Shown here in pieces: positions 1 to 9,699 of a DNA stretch of 64,000 bases; positions within the stretch are counted from its first letter, which is position 1, and each line of letters begins with the position of its first letter. Source of the stretch: an uncultured Fidelibacterota bacterium. Lineage in GTDB: Bacteria; Fidelibacterota; Marinisomatia; Marinisomatales; Marinisomataceae. The notes beneath the pieces were generated by a model. It had not been told where the DNA came from. It worked only from the letters and a program-made list of their open reading frames with translations, and ran no database searches. The stretch spans positions 720 through 64,719 of the forward strand of contig CABZMF010000001.1 of NCBI GenBank assembly GCA_902526795.1. The letters are read 5' to 3'. A program made the translations under genes and the position numbers.

Positions 1-937
1 TGTAAATGTGAAATAAGTCTGATGATAATACACTAATTCCAGAAGAATTATGTGCTACATCATAAAATATGTCTTCCTCCATTTGTTGCATTCTTCCTGG
101 CCAAAACCATTGATCTAAACCTTCTTGAATTTGAGAATCGCTAATATTTTCAAACTCATTTTTTATTGTTTCAATTGCTAACACTGCGTTCTCAGCTTGG
201 AAAGATCCTGCTTGAGGAAGAATATAAATTTTGTCTTTAAATTTTAGATGAAGTGAACTGGTTTTATGCTCAATTAAATTAATCTTTTCTTTATCAATAT
301 AATTTGTTTTAGTATTTTGTTTTTTTGAAAATTTTTCGATTATCTCAGCTATATTACTCTTGGTATTTATTGTTGTATTTGGTACAGAATTTTTAATAAT
401 ACCACATTTTTCTGCGGTTATTTCTTCAACCGAATCGCCTAAAAGGTGTGTATGGTCAAAGTCAATTTCAGTAATTATAGTGTGAATAGGTGATAAAACA
501 TTTGTTGAGTCTAATCTTCCCCCAAGGCCTGTTTCTACTATGGCAATGTCAACATTATTTTTTCTAAAATAATTAAAAGCCATTGCTGTAGTAGCTTCAA
601 AAAATGTAATTGAATGCTTTTCAAAAAAATTTCTGTGTTTTTTGGTAAAATTTATTATTTCATCATTACTTATAGTTAATCCATTTATTCTGATTCTTTC
701 ATTAAAGTTTAATAGGTGAGGGGATGTATAGAGTCCAACCTTCAGACCAGCGTTTTGTAAAATTTTTGCTATTATAGATGCTGTTGAACCTTTACCGTTC
801 GTACCAGCTAAATGAATTGATTTAAATTTATTATGAGGTTCATCACATTCATGCAGAATTTTATTAATGTTCTCTAATCCTAACTTTATTCCTCTATTAT
901 GTAGTTGATATAAATATTCTAAGGTGGAATCAATCAT
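1..937 (-). CDS. folC: Folylpolyglutamate synthase/dihydrofolate synthase, truncated by the window edge
   Basis: Not in the ORF track. Hand translation from ATG at 937 gives MIDSTLEYLYQLHNRGIKLG...IHLAGTNGKGST (FolC P-loop) and D(V)AHN near the window edge. Confidence 0.9.
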   Translation of the reverse strand, partial: MIDSTLEYLYQLHNRGIKLGLENINKILHECDEPHNKFKSIHLAGTNGKGSTASIIAKILQNAGLKVGLYTSPHLLNFNERIRINGLTISNDEIINFTKKHRNFFEKHSITFFEATTAMAFNYFRKNNVDIAIVETGLGGRLDSTNVLSPIHTIITEIDFDHTHLLGDSVEEITAEKCGIIKNSVPNTTINTKSNIAEIIEKFSKKQNTKTNYIDKEKINLIEHKTSSLHLKFKDKIYILPQAGSFQAENAVLAIETIKNEFENISDSQIQEGLDQWFWPGRMQQMEEDIFYDVAHNSSGISVLSSDLFHIY

Positions 938-940
938 TGT

Positions 941-2089
941 TTATAACGCTTTTTCGTACCGTTGCACTGCTCGGTAAATTGCTGTCGCTAATTGATCTCT
1001 GTATTGAGGACTTCTTAACTTTTTTTCTTCTGAAGGATTGGAAATAAATCCTAACTCAACTAAAACATTTGGCATAGAAGCACGTGCAAGAACCACAAAT
1101 CCTGCCTGTTTTACACCCCGATCCCTGCTTTGCACTCTCTTTTTAATTTCTATTTGTACTAAATCAGCAAAAGTCTCACTATAAATGGCAAAACCTGATT
1201 GGGCAATTGTTGCTTGAATTAAATCTTCACCTGTCAATGCTTGACCTGGTATGCCTTCTAGTTCTAATACAGCATTTTCTCGCGCTGCAACTCTTGCAGC
1301 ATATTCATTTTTACTTCGCCCAATCAAGAATGTTTCAAATCCACTAGCTCTTCTATCTTCTGCTGCATTTGTATGAATACTTATAAATAGACTTCCATTA
1401 TTTTCGTTAGCTATCTTGGTTCTGTCGCTTAATCTCAGAAAAACATCTTCATCTCTTGTCATTACTACTTTTACATCCATATTTTTGATCAATTTTTTTT
1501 CTAGCCTTTTTGCAACATCTAGTGCAATATCTTTTTCTTTAGTTCCTCTGTATCCAACTGCGCCGGGGTCTTTTCCTCCATGTCCTGCATCAATAACAAT
1601 GGTCTTAAATTCCCATTTTTTCTTCTCATTTTTTAGATCAACTTTCACTATTTTTTTAGGTATTTCAATAAGCCTTGATAAACTAATCTGATTAGTTTTT
1701 AATGTTAGTGAACTTGACGTGGATAAATTATTAATTATGTTAAAAAAAGATTCAGCAGGAACATAATAATTATTGTCTTGCATTACTACTTTTGATGAAA
1801 GCTGATAAAGACTATCATCAACGACTATAAATGCAATTTGGTTTGTAATTTTAATTTTTTTATTATCAATGTAAAATTCTATTTTTTCCGTCTTATCATT
1901 TGTAAAGTTTTTTGAATTAGTTAGTTTAATAAAATCATTCAATGAAAAAAGTTGTTTGTTTTGTATGGTATTTATTTCACCAATCAATACTTTATTTTCA
2001 AAAAATTTTAGTTTTGTTTTAGTATTTGGAAATAATTGAGAGGACAAAATAATATAAAATAAACATAAATATGTACTGAATGATTTCAC
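941..2089 (-). CDS. N-acetylmuramoyl-L-alanine amidase (Amidase_3)
   Basis: IVIDAGHGGKDPGA, KEKDIAL, FISIHTNA and VLVELGFISN zinc-amidase motifs. Confidence 0.92.
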   Translation of the reverse strand: MKSFSTYLCLFYIILSSQLFPNTKTKLKFFENKVLIGEINTIQNKQLFSLNDFIKLTNSKNFTNDKTEKIEFYIDNKKIKITNQIAFIVVDDSLYQLSSKVVMQDNNYYVPAESFFNIINNLSTSSSLTLKTNQISLSRLIEIPKKIVKVDLKNEKKKWEFKTIVIDAGHGGKDPGAVGYRGTKEKDIALDVAKRLEKKLIKNMDVKVVMTRDEDVFLRLSDRTKIANENNGSLFISIHTNAAEDRRASGFETFLIGRSKNEYAARVAARENAVLELEGIPGQALTGEDLIQATIAQSGFAIYSETFADLVQIEIKKRVQSRDRGVKQAGFVVLARASMPNVLVELGFISNPSEEKKLRSPQYRDQLATAIYRAVQRYEKAL

Positions 2090-2110
2090 AGTTTAAATTA
2101 TTATAAAAAT

Positions 2111-2147
2111 TATACAAAAGGGCTCAAATTTTGAGCCCTTTTGTATA
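2111..2147. terminator. Probable intrinsic terminator hairpin downstream of the small membrane protein pair
   Basis: 18-nt perfect inverted repeat TATACAAAAGGGCTCAAA / TTTGAGCCCTTTTGTATA with A and T tracts flanking the GC stem. Confidence 0.8.
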
Positions 2148-2172
2148 TAAGTCAATGTGGAAGAAAACTAAA

Positions 2173-2385
2173 TTATTTTTTCATCAACATTGCAACAATC
2201 AAAACTGCTACTAAACCAGCAACTCCACCATCTCCAATTGCGTTCACTGCACTACCAATGCCCGCAATAACACCAAAGATATCATCGTAAAGTATACCAA
2301 TAATAGTACCAGCAACAATCAAATTGATTAGTAAGCCTGTTATCATGCTTAAAAAATCATTTATTTGTTTTATCTGATTTTTCAT
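2173..2385 (-). CDS. Small hydrophobic Gly-rich membrane protein of unknown function (paralog 2)
   Basis: 70-aa ORF, strong SD (GAAGGAG), two to three hydrophobic segments, resembles the upstream ORF. Confidence 0.8.
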   Translation of the reverse strand: MKNQIKQINDFLSMITGLLINLIVAGTIIGILYDDIFGVIAGIGSAVNAIGDGGVAGLVAVLIVAMLMKK

Positions 2386-2407
2386 TATGTTTTCTCCTTC
2401 GAGCTTT

Positions 2408-2434
2408 TAGAGCTCCTCAATAAGAGGAGCTCTA
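2408..2434. other. Intercistronic 11-bp perfect hairpin
   Basis: TAGAGCTCCTC-AATAA-GAGGAGCTCTA between the two small genes. Confidence 0.7.
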
Positions 2435-2455
2435 TTTATTAGTAAGTACTGATCT

Positions 2456-2662
2456 TTATAATAGTGATAAAAATACCACCAGAACAAGAAGTCCCGTTAA
2501 TCCACTATTAAGAAAAGTATCTACAAAACCCATTATACCACCTAAAGCATCAACCGGCGTGTCGAAAAGAATACCTGCAAAGACAAAAAAGATAATTGCA
2601 GCTTTTACAACGCTTGTTAAACCGTCTAACGCATTAGTCAACATTGAATCCCATGAAGCCAT
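2456..2662 (-). CDS. Small hydrophobic Gly-rich membrane protein of unknown function (paralog 1)
   Basis: 68-aa ORF with perfect SD AAGGAGG; GILFD...G..G...GLTGLL pattern shared with the downstream ORF. Confidence 0.8.
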   Translation of the reverse strand: MASWDSMLTNALDGLTSVVKAAIIFFVFAGILFDTPVDALGGIMGFVDTFLNSGLTGLLVLVVFLSLL

Positions 2663-2936
2663 GTTATTCCTCCTTGATTAGTTAATAACTAGTTAAAAAA
2701 AAGGCAAAAAACCTACAAACTTATAGTTTTTTTGCCCCCATCATTAATCATGTCAATATGATTAAATTCTTTAAAAAGTTGCCAAAAATTCATTTTATTT
2801 ATAATTATAGTTTCTTTTTTTGGCGTAATCAACCTTTTTCAAGCATTGTTATTCAAATAAATAATACTATACTTACATCTATTTTTATTGAGTATTCACA
2901 AAAAATGTTGAATTCTATTATTTCATATGACGTTAA

Positions 2937-4238
2937 TTGACATTAACTTTTTTGATGAGAGAAAAACTCAAACCAATAATTGAAAAAGTCCATGCAAGAG
3001 AAATTTTAGATTCAAGAGGATTTCCTACGATTGAAGTAGAAATCACAGCTTCAGGACATACTAGTATATCTGCTGTTCCTTCCGGAGCTTCTACTGGAAA
3101 ATTTGAAGCTTTAGAATTACGTGATAATGATAAGGACAGATTTCATGGAAAAGGTGTATTAAAAGCAGTAAAAAATGTTATTGATCATTATGGTCCTGCT
3201 CTAATTGGTAAAGACGCAAGCGATCAAAAACTTATTGATCAATTTCTAAATAATCTTGACGGATCCTCAAACAAAAGTACATATGGTGCAAATGCGAGCT
3301 TAGGCATTTCAATGGCATGTGCTGTGGCTAGTTCATCTTTTTTTAATAAGCCATTATATGAATACATAAGTCCCAAAAGTAATATAATGCCTGTTCCTAT
3401 GATTAACGTATTAAATGGTGGAATGCATGCTGACCAAGGATCAGATCTTCAAGAAATTATGTTATTCCCACACGGAGCTAAAAGCTTCTCACAATCAATT
3501 CAAATGGGGTCTGAGGTTTTTCACTGTTTAAAGAATGATTTAAAAAAACAAGGACTAAATACTGCAGTGGGGGATGAAGGAGGATTTGCTCCTGCACTAA
3601 AATCAAATGACCACGCGATTGAACTATTATTAGGTTCTATTGAAAAATCTGGTTTTGAAATTGGGAAGGATATTTCACTCGCGCTTGATGTAGCTGCTTC
3701 GAGTTTTTATAAAAAAGGAAAGTATCACCTTAAGGTTGATGGAAATATTCTTGATACAGATGGTATGGTTTCTTTTTATGAAAATCTTATACGTCAATAT
3801 CCTATTGTTTCAATTGAAGATGGATTAGACGAAAATGATTGGGATGGGTGGACAGTTTTAAATAAAGCCTTAGGTGACAAAATACAAATTGTTGGTGATG
3901 ATTTAACAGTTACCAATCCAAAAAAACTAAAAAAAGCAATTGATAAAAAATCAATTAATTCAATATTAATTAAATTAAATCAAATAGGTACCTTAACAGA
4001 AACAATTGAATCAATTGATATTGCAAAATCAAATAGATGTAATTATATAATTTCACACAGATCAGGTGAAACAGAGGATACTTTTATTTCAGACTTAGCA
4101 GTTGCTATGGGTGGTGGTCAAATCAAGACTGGATCTGTTTGTCGCTCAGATAGAACCGCTAAATATAATCGGCTTTTACGAATTGAAGAGAAGCTTGAGT
4201 TACCAAAGTTTTGTACTAATTTAAGTTTCATAAAATGA
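2937..4238 (+). CDS. eno: Enolase (true start probably the ATG at 2955)
   Basis: AREILDSRG, SGASTG, VGDEGGFAP, SHRSGETED and QIKTGS motifs. Confidence 0.98.
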   Translation: MTLTFLMREKLKPIIEKVHAREILDSRGFPTIEVEITASGHTSISAVPSGASTGKFEALELRDNDKDRFHGKGVLKAVKNVIDHYGPALIGKDASDQKLIDQFLNNLDGSSNKSTYGANASLGISMACAVASSSFFNKPLYEYISPKSNIMPVPMINVLNGGMHADQGSDLQEIMLFPHGAKSFSQSIQMGSEVFHCLKNDLKKQGLNTAVGDEGGFAPALKSNDHAIELLLGSIEKSGFEIGKDISLALDVAASSFYKKGKYHLKVDGNILDTDGMVSFYENLIRQYPIVSIEDGLDENDWDGWTVLNKALGDKIQIVGDDLTVTNPKKLKKAIDKKSINSILIKLNQIGTLTETIESIDIAKSNRCNYIISHRSGETEDTFISDLAVAMGGGQIKTGSVCRSDRTAKYNRLLRIEEKLELPKFCTNLSFIK

Positions 4239-4528
4239 AGTCTTTTTTATCACTAACTAACGTGCTTATGGTTGTCATCTTTATTGGCTGTTTCTCTCTG
4301 ATTTTGTTTAGTGATAGAGGGCTAATTAATTTGTGGTCTTTGAAAAAAGAAAAGTTAAAGATTCAAAACGAAATAAATAGTCTTAGAAATCAAATATCTG
4401 TTCTGGAAAAAGAAGAAGAAAAATTAAAGTATGATGAAAAATATATAGAAAAAATTGCTCGAGAAAAGTTAAAAATGGTTAAACCTGGAGAGAGAGTCTT
4501 TAAGATAAATGACTCTTCATCTAATTAA
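4235..4528 (+). CDS. ftsB: Septum formation initiator, FtsB/DivIC family
   Basis: N-terminal TM segment, coiled coil, YIEKIAREKLKMVKPGE motif, located directly after eno. Confidence 0.85.
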   Translation: MKSFLSLTNVLMVVIFIGCFSLILFSDRGLINLWSLKKEKLKIQNEINSLRNQISVLEKEEEKLKYDEKYIEKIAREKLKMVKPGERVFKINDSSSN

Positions 4529-5195
4529 ATAAATCTTTTGCTACTTTAAAAGATTTCGCATCTGGGAAGTGATATTTCACTAATTCTGACATAAACTGGG
4601 TCATTATTTTTTTATCATAATTTGTTTTTTTAGTATTTTCTTCTTGTTGATTAAAGTCCATATTAAAAATACTATTTAAGTCATTTAGAATATTTGTGTT
4701 TTCACTTTTAAATCTTATAATAATTGGATGTTCTTTAGCATTTAAAATATCATAACCACTATTTTTGAGAAAATGTAATAGAAAATAATAGAATGCATTA
4801 TTCAAATTTGTATCGAAATTATTAAAATATTTTATAATTGTAGCCAAAGCTTTATAAGTCTTTTTATCAGGGATATTGTCGTCAAATGTTTTATCTATTA
4901 TCTCAAGCATTGATGTGCATAATACTGTCTTTTTAAGATCTTTACATATTTGAGGCCAATCATTTAAAAGTTTAGTATTGTAAACTGGATGAATTTGTCT
5001 TTTTGGATAATGTGAGTAATCAATTTGTACTTCATTTAGTTGTTGATATATTGCTTTATTAGGTGATTTTTGTCTCATGGCCGCTTTAACAATATAGGTG
5101 GATTTACCCTTTTCTTTAGTGAAAAGTCTAATTATTAAACTTGACTCCTTGAAAATTGTGGTCTTAAGTACAAATGCGTGAGTTTTTATTTTCAT
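4521..5195 (-). CDS. recO: DNA repair protein RecO
   Basis: FKESSLIIRLFTKEKGK N-terminal OB-fold pattern; 224 aa. Confidence 0.8.
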   Translation of the reverse strand: MKIKTHAFVLKTTIFKESSLIIRLFTKEKGKSTYIVKAAMRQKSPNKAIYQQLNEVQIDYSHYPKRQIHPVYNTKLLNDWPQICKDLKKTVLCTSMLEIIDKTFDDNIPDKKTYKALATIIKYFNNFDTNLNNAFYYFLLHFLKNSGYDILNAKEHPIIIRFKSENTNILNDLNSIFNMDFNQQEENTKKTNYDKKIMTQFMSELVKYHFPDAKSFKVAKDLFN

Positions 5196-6256
5196 TTTGG
5201 AACTTCTATTTTACCCCAACCTGAATGTGTTAAGCTCCCAAAATATAAATCATTTTTATATTGCCTAACACTAGTAATGGGGGAATAGGCATCATCTGAT
5301 TTATATTGTAAGTTATATATTACTTTACCTTGTTCATCTATGCCAAGAACATAAGAATGTTTAGTTGGTTGTGGTTGTAATGATTCTGGAAGCCTTAATA
5401 CCATTTTTCTTAGAAATGGTTTATCAGATGACATTTCAACAAAGTCGTTTCTTGGATTGAATAGAGCAACCCAAAAGATACCTTTTTTGTTTGAAGATAC
5501 ATTATCGGGAAAACCAGGCAAGTTTTCTATAAAAATTTCTGCCGTTCCAGCTTTATCTCCTTTTAACCAATATTTTTGTATTCTATACATATTTGTTTCG
5601 TTAACCAAAACAAAGGACTCATCACTACTGAGAGCTACTCCATTTGCAAAGTATAAGTCTTTTAATAAGGTTGTTGTTGTTTTCTTGGCTGGATCGTATA
5701 CTAACAACCTACCATTTGGAGAGTGTTCAAAGATTTCCAACCTATCATCTCCATATCCATGCTTATATGATGCATCTGAAAAATAAATTTTGCCGTCGCT
5801 TGCAATATCCAAATCATCAACAAACCTAAACGGTATATTGTCTGAATCAGATTGAACTGACAGAGTACTTACTGTGCCTCTCTCATCAATTAAAAGAAGG
5901 CCTTGAATGGCATCTGCAACGATTAAATTCTCTTCTAAATCAAATGCCATACCAAGAGGTCTGCCTTTTGTATTTGAAAAAATACCGTCGCTATTCATTA
6001 TTATACCATTATCATAGCCTACATAAATTTTTTCATTTTTAAGTATTATATCTTCAGGTCCGCTATATCCATCGTTATCCCAAAATATCTTTATACCTTT
6101 TAATTTTTCATTTAAAGAATATAAGGGGTCAGTTCTACTATCTCTTGGGCTTTTCCATGAATTTGGCTCTACAGGAACTGGCCATGTTAAAAAGTAGATT
6201 ATGGTTATAGTGAGTAGAAAAAAAATTAATTTTGAAATATTGTTAATATTTTTCAC
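5192..6256 (-). CDS. Strictosidine synthase-like / SMP-30 beta-propeller hydrolase
   Basis: GRPLGMAFD, GRLLVYDP, FANGVALS.DESFVLVNET and NLPGFPDN motifs; N-terminal anchor. Confidence 0.88.
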   Translation of the reverse strand: MKNINNISKLIFFLLTITIIYFLTWPVPVEPNSWKSPRDSRTDPLYSLNEKLKGIKIFWDNDGYSGPEDIILKNEKIYVGYDNGIIMNSDGIFSNTKGRPLGMAFDLEENLIVADAIQGLLLIDERGTVSTLSVQSDSDNIPFRFVDDLDIASDGKIYFSDASYKHGYGDDRLEIFEHSPNGRLLVYDPAKKTTTTLLKDLYFANGVALSSDESFVLVNETNMYRIQKYWLKGDKAGTAEIFIENLPGFPDNVSSNKKGIFWVALFNPRNDFVEMSSDKPFLRKMVLRLPESLQPQPTKHSYVLGIDEQGKVIYNLQYKSDDAYSPITSVRQYKNDLYFGSLTHSGWGKIEVPK

Positions 6257-6260
6257 TTCA

Positions 6261-7721
6261 TTAGTAAGCCTTGGCGAAAATCACCAAGTGCTTTGCAGTT
6301 TTCCCTGAAAAAATGCACTTGTTAGTGGAGTCTTCATTGTCTTCTAATATACAACGAATTGTTGCTTTAGTTTTTTCTTTTATTTGAAGTTCAGTATCAT
6401 CTGTCCCATCCCAATATGCCTTTATAAATTGGTTGTCGGAAGATAAAGTTTTTATAAAATCGTCAAAAGAGTTTAAGGTACATGTATTCTCATCCATAAA
6501 GGTTTTTGCGTTATTAAAAAGGCCATCTTGAATATTTTGTAATATAATAGGGATTTCATCAATTTTATCTATTTTTACTTGATGTTTTTCTGAATTGTCT
6601 CTTCTACAAACAGTAACTTCCGTATTTTCTAGCTCTTTTAAGCCTATTTCAATTCTTATTGGCACCCCCTTAAGCTCCCATTTATTAAATTTGAATCCAG
6701 GGCTCTCGTTATAATCATCAATAAAAGTTCTAACATTTATATCATTAAGGCCTTGGTTAACCCTAGCTATAAAGTTAGCAAACTCTTCTTGTTTTTCATT
6801 TTTAGGGTTTATTGGAATAATGACAACTTGGATTGGGGCAATTTTTGGTGGGATCTTTAATCCCTTATCATCTCCATGGACCATTATTAATGCACCTACC
6901 ATTCTTGTACTAACTCCCCAGCTCGTAGCATAAACAGGAAGCTCTTTATTATCCTTGTTTTGAAATTTTACATCAAATGCTGAGCCAAAGTTTGTTCCTA
7001 AATAGTGGGAGGTACCAGCCTGTAAAGCCTTTTTGTCTCTCATCATGGTTTCAATTGAAAACGTTTCATCTGCGCCAGCAAACCTTTCAAGATTAGATTT
7101 TCTTCCAATCACTGTTGGAATAGCTAAGTATTCTTCAAATAATTTTTGATAGATATCAACAATTAGAAGTGTTTCTTTCATTGCTTCTTCTTTTGTGGCA
7201 TGAGCTGTATGGCCTTCTTGCCATAAGAACTCAGAGGTTCTTAGAAATAACCTAGTTCTCATTTCCCATCTAACAACGTTTGCCCACTGGTTAACCTTGA
7301 GGGGGAGATCTCTATAGGATGTTATCCACTTTTTGAACATGTGCCATATAATTGTTTCTGAAGTTGGTCTTACAATTATTTCTTCATCAAGTTGAGATTC
7401 AGGATCAACCTTAAGGGAGCCATCTTCTGCTATTAACTTTGAATGAGTAACTACAGCACATTCTTTAGCAAATCCTTCAACATGCTTTGCTTCTTTTTCT
7501 AAAAAACTTTTAGGAATAAAAAGAGGGAAATATGCATTTTCGTGCCCACTATCAACAATCATTTGATTTAAACCATTTCTGATATTTGTCCAAAGAGAAA
7601 ATCCATAAGGTTTAACAACCATGGTGCCTTTTACTGGTCCGTAATCAGCCAAATCAGCGTCAAGAATAACATCAGTATACCATTTTGAAAAGTTTTCGCT
7701 TTGTTTTGTAATTTTGGCCAT
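6261..7721 (-). CDS. proS: Proline-tRNA ligase, archaeal/eukaryotic type
   Basis: RPTSET, VRWEMRTRLFLRTSEFLWQEGHT, SWGVSTR, C-terminal AKAY; no INS editing domain. Confidence 0.97.
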   Translation of the reverse strand: MAKITKQSENFSKWYTDVILDADLADYGPVKGTMVVKPYGFSLWTNIRNGLNQMIVDSGHENAYFPLFIPKSFLEKEAKHVEGFAKECAVVTHSKLIAEDGSLKVDPESQLDEEIIVRPTSETIIWHMFKKWITSYRDLPLKVNQWANVVRWEMRTRLFLRTSEFLWQEGHTAHATKEEAMKETLLIVDIYQKLFEEYLAIPTVIGRKSNLERFAGADETFSIETMMRDKKALQAGTSHYLGTNFGSAFDVKFQNKDNKELPVYATSWGVSTRMVGALIMVHGDDKGLKIPPKIAPIQVVIIPINPKNEKQEEFANFIARVNQGLNDINVRTFIDDYNESPGFKFNKWELKGVPIRIEIGLKELENTEVTVCRRDNSEKHQVKIDKIDEIPIILQNIQDGLFNNAKTFMDENTCTLNSFDDFIKTLSSDNQFIKAYWDGTDDTELQIKEKTKATIRCILEDNEDSTNKCIFSGKTAKHLVIFAKAY

Positions 7722-7777
7722 CTACTATCACTTTAATTTATTATAAAGTAGAGTTAATTTATAGAAAATCCAATACA

Positions 7778-9148
7778 ATGAAAAAAGCTATATTTTCCAC
7801 TGAAATTTCAATTCTCAGAAGTACCATGCAGCGGCTTTTAAGAAGAAGAGCACATAGTAATATCACAAAAATACTTCGTAACACACACCAAGCAGATATA
7901 GCACTAATCATGAGAAGTCTAAATCAATTTGATCAAAAGAAGATTTTTGCTCTATGCCCAACTTCTGTTCATAAGGCGAGACTTTTAGAAGAATTAGATG
8001 AATCTTTGATAGAAAATGTTCTTAAAAATGATTCTGTAAAAAATATTTCTAAAATTTTCGGCTATCTCGATACAAATGATCAAGCGACAATTATTGGAAT
8101 GTTTCCAAGTAATAAACAAGAAGAAATTTTAACAGCAATTGAACATGGTGATAAAGAAGATGTTGAAGAAATCATGTCTTACCCTGATGACAGTGCAGGA
8201 AGTATCATGACGAAAGAAACTTTTACATTAAATCAAAACACAACCGTTAAAAAGAGTATTGAAAAATTGCAATCCTTCCCTGAAAATGACAAAATATTTT
8301 ATCTTTATGTTTTAGATAATAAAGAAAAGCTTGTTGGTGTTGTTTCTTTAAGAACATTAGTAACTTCAAAAAATTCAAAAAAATTAAGAGAAATAATGAT
8401 CAAAGATATTCAAGCTGCAACAACGAGCACAGACCAGGAAGAAGTAGCAAAAAAAGTTGCACAATACAATTATCTTGCACTTCCTGTTGTTAATAGAAAA
8501 AACAGGTTTTTGGGAATCGTAACTATTGATGATGTAGTAGATATTATTAGAGAAGAAGCTTCAGAGGATTTCCTTCAAATGGCTGGTGTTGGAAAAGATA
8601 GGGAAATCTTGTTAAAATCACCTTTAGAAAATGCAAAATCTAGAGCCCCTTGGATACTTGCAAGCCTTATTGGGGGTATTTGCGCTGCCGCAATAATAAG
8701 CTACTTTAATTCATTATTAGAACAAATTATTGTCTTAGCTGCTTTCATTCCTGTAATTATTGGAATTGGAGGTAATGTTGGTACCCAATCTTCAACAATT
8801 GTTGTAAGAGGTTTAGCAACCGGTAGAGTTGATGTGGGTAATACCTTTCCTCTTATTCTTAAAGAATTAATTGTTGGAAGTTTATTAGGTCTAGTCTATG
8901 GCAGTATCATTGGTTTTGCAGCAGATTATATCACAAGTACAGATATGTCTAACCTAGGATTAGTAATAGGTCTTAGCATTTTTTGTTCAATGGCAATAGC
9001 CACTGCCGTTGGTGCCAGTGTCCCAATAATTTTGAAAAAGTTTGATTTTGATCCTGCAATTTCAACAGGTCCTTTTGTAACAACAGCAATTGATATAATA
9101 GGAGTAGCCTTATATTTCTTTATAGCTTCAATAATTTTAATAAATTGA
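7778..9148 (+). CDS. mgtE: Magnesium transporter MgtE
   Basis: N domain, CBS pair (SAGSIMT, GIVTIDD), GGNVGTQS and DPA.STGPFVTT..D TM motifs. Confidence 0.96.
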   Translation: MKKAIFSTEISILRSTMQRLLRRRAHSNITKILRNTHQADIALIMRSLNQFDQKKIFALCPTSVHKARLLEELDESLIENVLKNDSVKNISKIFGYLDTNDQATIIGMFPSNKQEEILTAIEHGDKEDVEEIMSYPDDSAGSIMTKETFTLNQNTTVKKSIEKLQSFPENDKIFYLYVLDNKEKLVGVVSLRTLVTSKNSKKLREIMIKDIQAATTSTDQEEVAKKVAQYNYLALPVVNRKNRFLGIVTIDDVVDIIREEASEDFLQMAGVGKDREILLKSPLENAKSRAPWILASLIGGICAAAIISYFNSLLEQIIVLAAFIPVIIGIGGNVGTQSSTIVVRGLATGRVDVGNTFPLILKELIVGSLLGLVYGSIIGFAADYITSTDMSNLGLVIGLSIFCSMAIATAVGASVPIILKKFDFDPAISTGPFVTTAIDIIGVALYFFIASIILIN

Positions 9149-9699
9149 TTAAAACCGTATACATCTTAGCTTTTTTTTGTTGTCAATTATTGGCAAACGA
9201 TAAAATTAATTCATCAGTATCTTTTGAATATTGGATAAGTGAAGATTTTAAGCTCTTTGCATTAGAAAATGTTCTTAGTATTGAGATTGAAGATGACGTA
9301 ATTGAAATATCTGCTAAAGATTGGTTTGGTGAAATTTTATTGAATGAAGATATTAAATATAAAGATCAGAATCTTAAGTCGAATAATTTAATTGCTTCAA
9401 TATTAAAGTTTGAAAAAATACCGGAAGAAGATATTTGGGTAGATAAATATGTATTACTAGACGAGGAAGTGGTTTCTGTCCGTTATCTTTTCAGTGAAGA
9501 GTCTGGAGGCTTAAGGCTATATAGGCTTGATATAAAACAAAAAAACAATGATAGTAATGATGATACTGATAATACAATAAATGATGTAATTTTAAATAAC
9601 GATGTAATTATGATTTGGGCAGATTTGGATAATAATATCATGAAGGTTGGATTTGTTTATAATAGCTTAACATATGTAATTGAAAAAAATGAAAATTAA
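9145..9699 (+). CDS. Hypothetical acidic exported protein
   Basis: 184-aa ORF overlapping both neighbours, with a signal-peptide-like N-terminus; no family recognised. Confidence 0.6.
   Translation: MIKTVYILAFFCCQLLANDKINSSVSFEYWISEDFKLFALENVLSIEIEDDVIEISAKDWFGEILLNEDIKYKDQNLKSNNLIASILKFEKIPEEDIWVDKYVLLDEEVVSVRYLFSEESGGLRLYRLDIKQKNNDSNDDTDNTINDVILNNDVIMIWADLDNNIMKVGFVYNSLTYVIEKNEN

Noticed and set aside
2758-2940. 60-aa ORF upstream of eno
   Set aside because: It is low-complexity AT-rich sequence in the divergent promoter region with no SD, so probably spurious.
6261-7721. Archaeal/eukaryotic-type ProRS as evidence of recent transfer
   Set aside because: This type is the normal form in many FCB-group bacteria.
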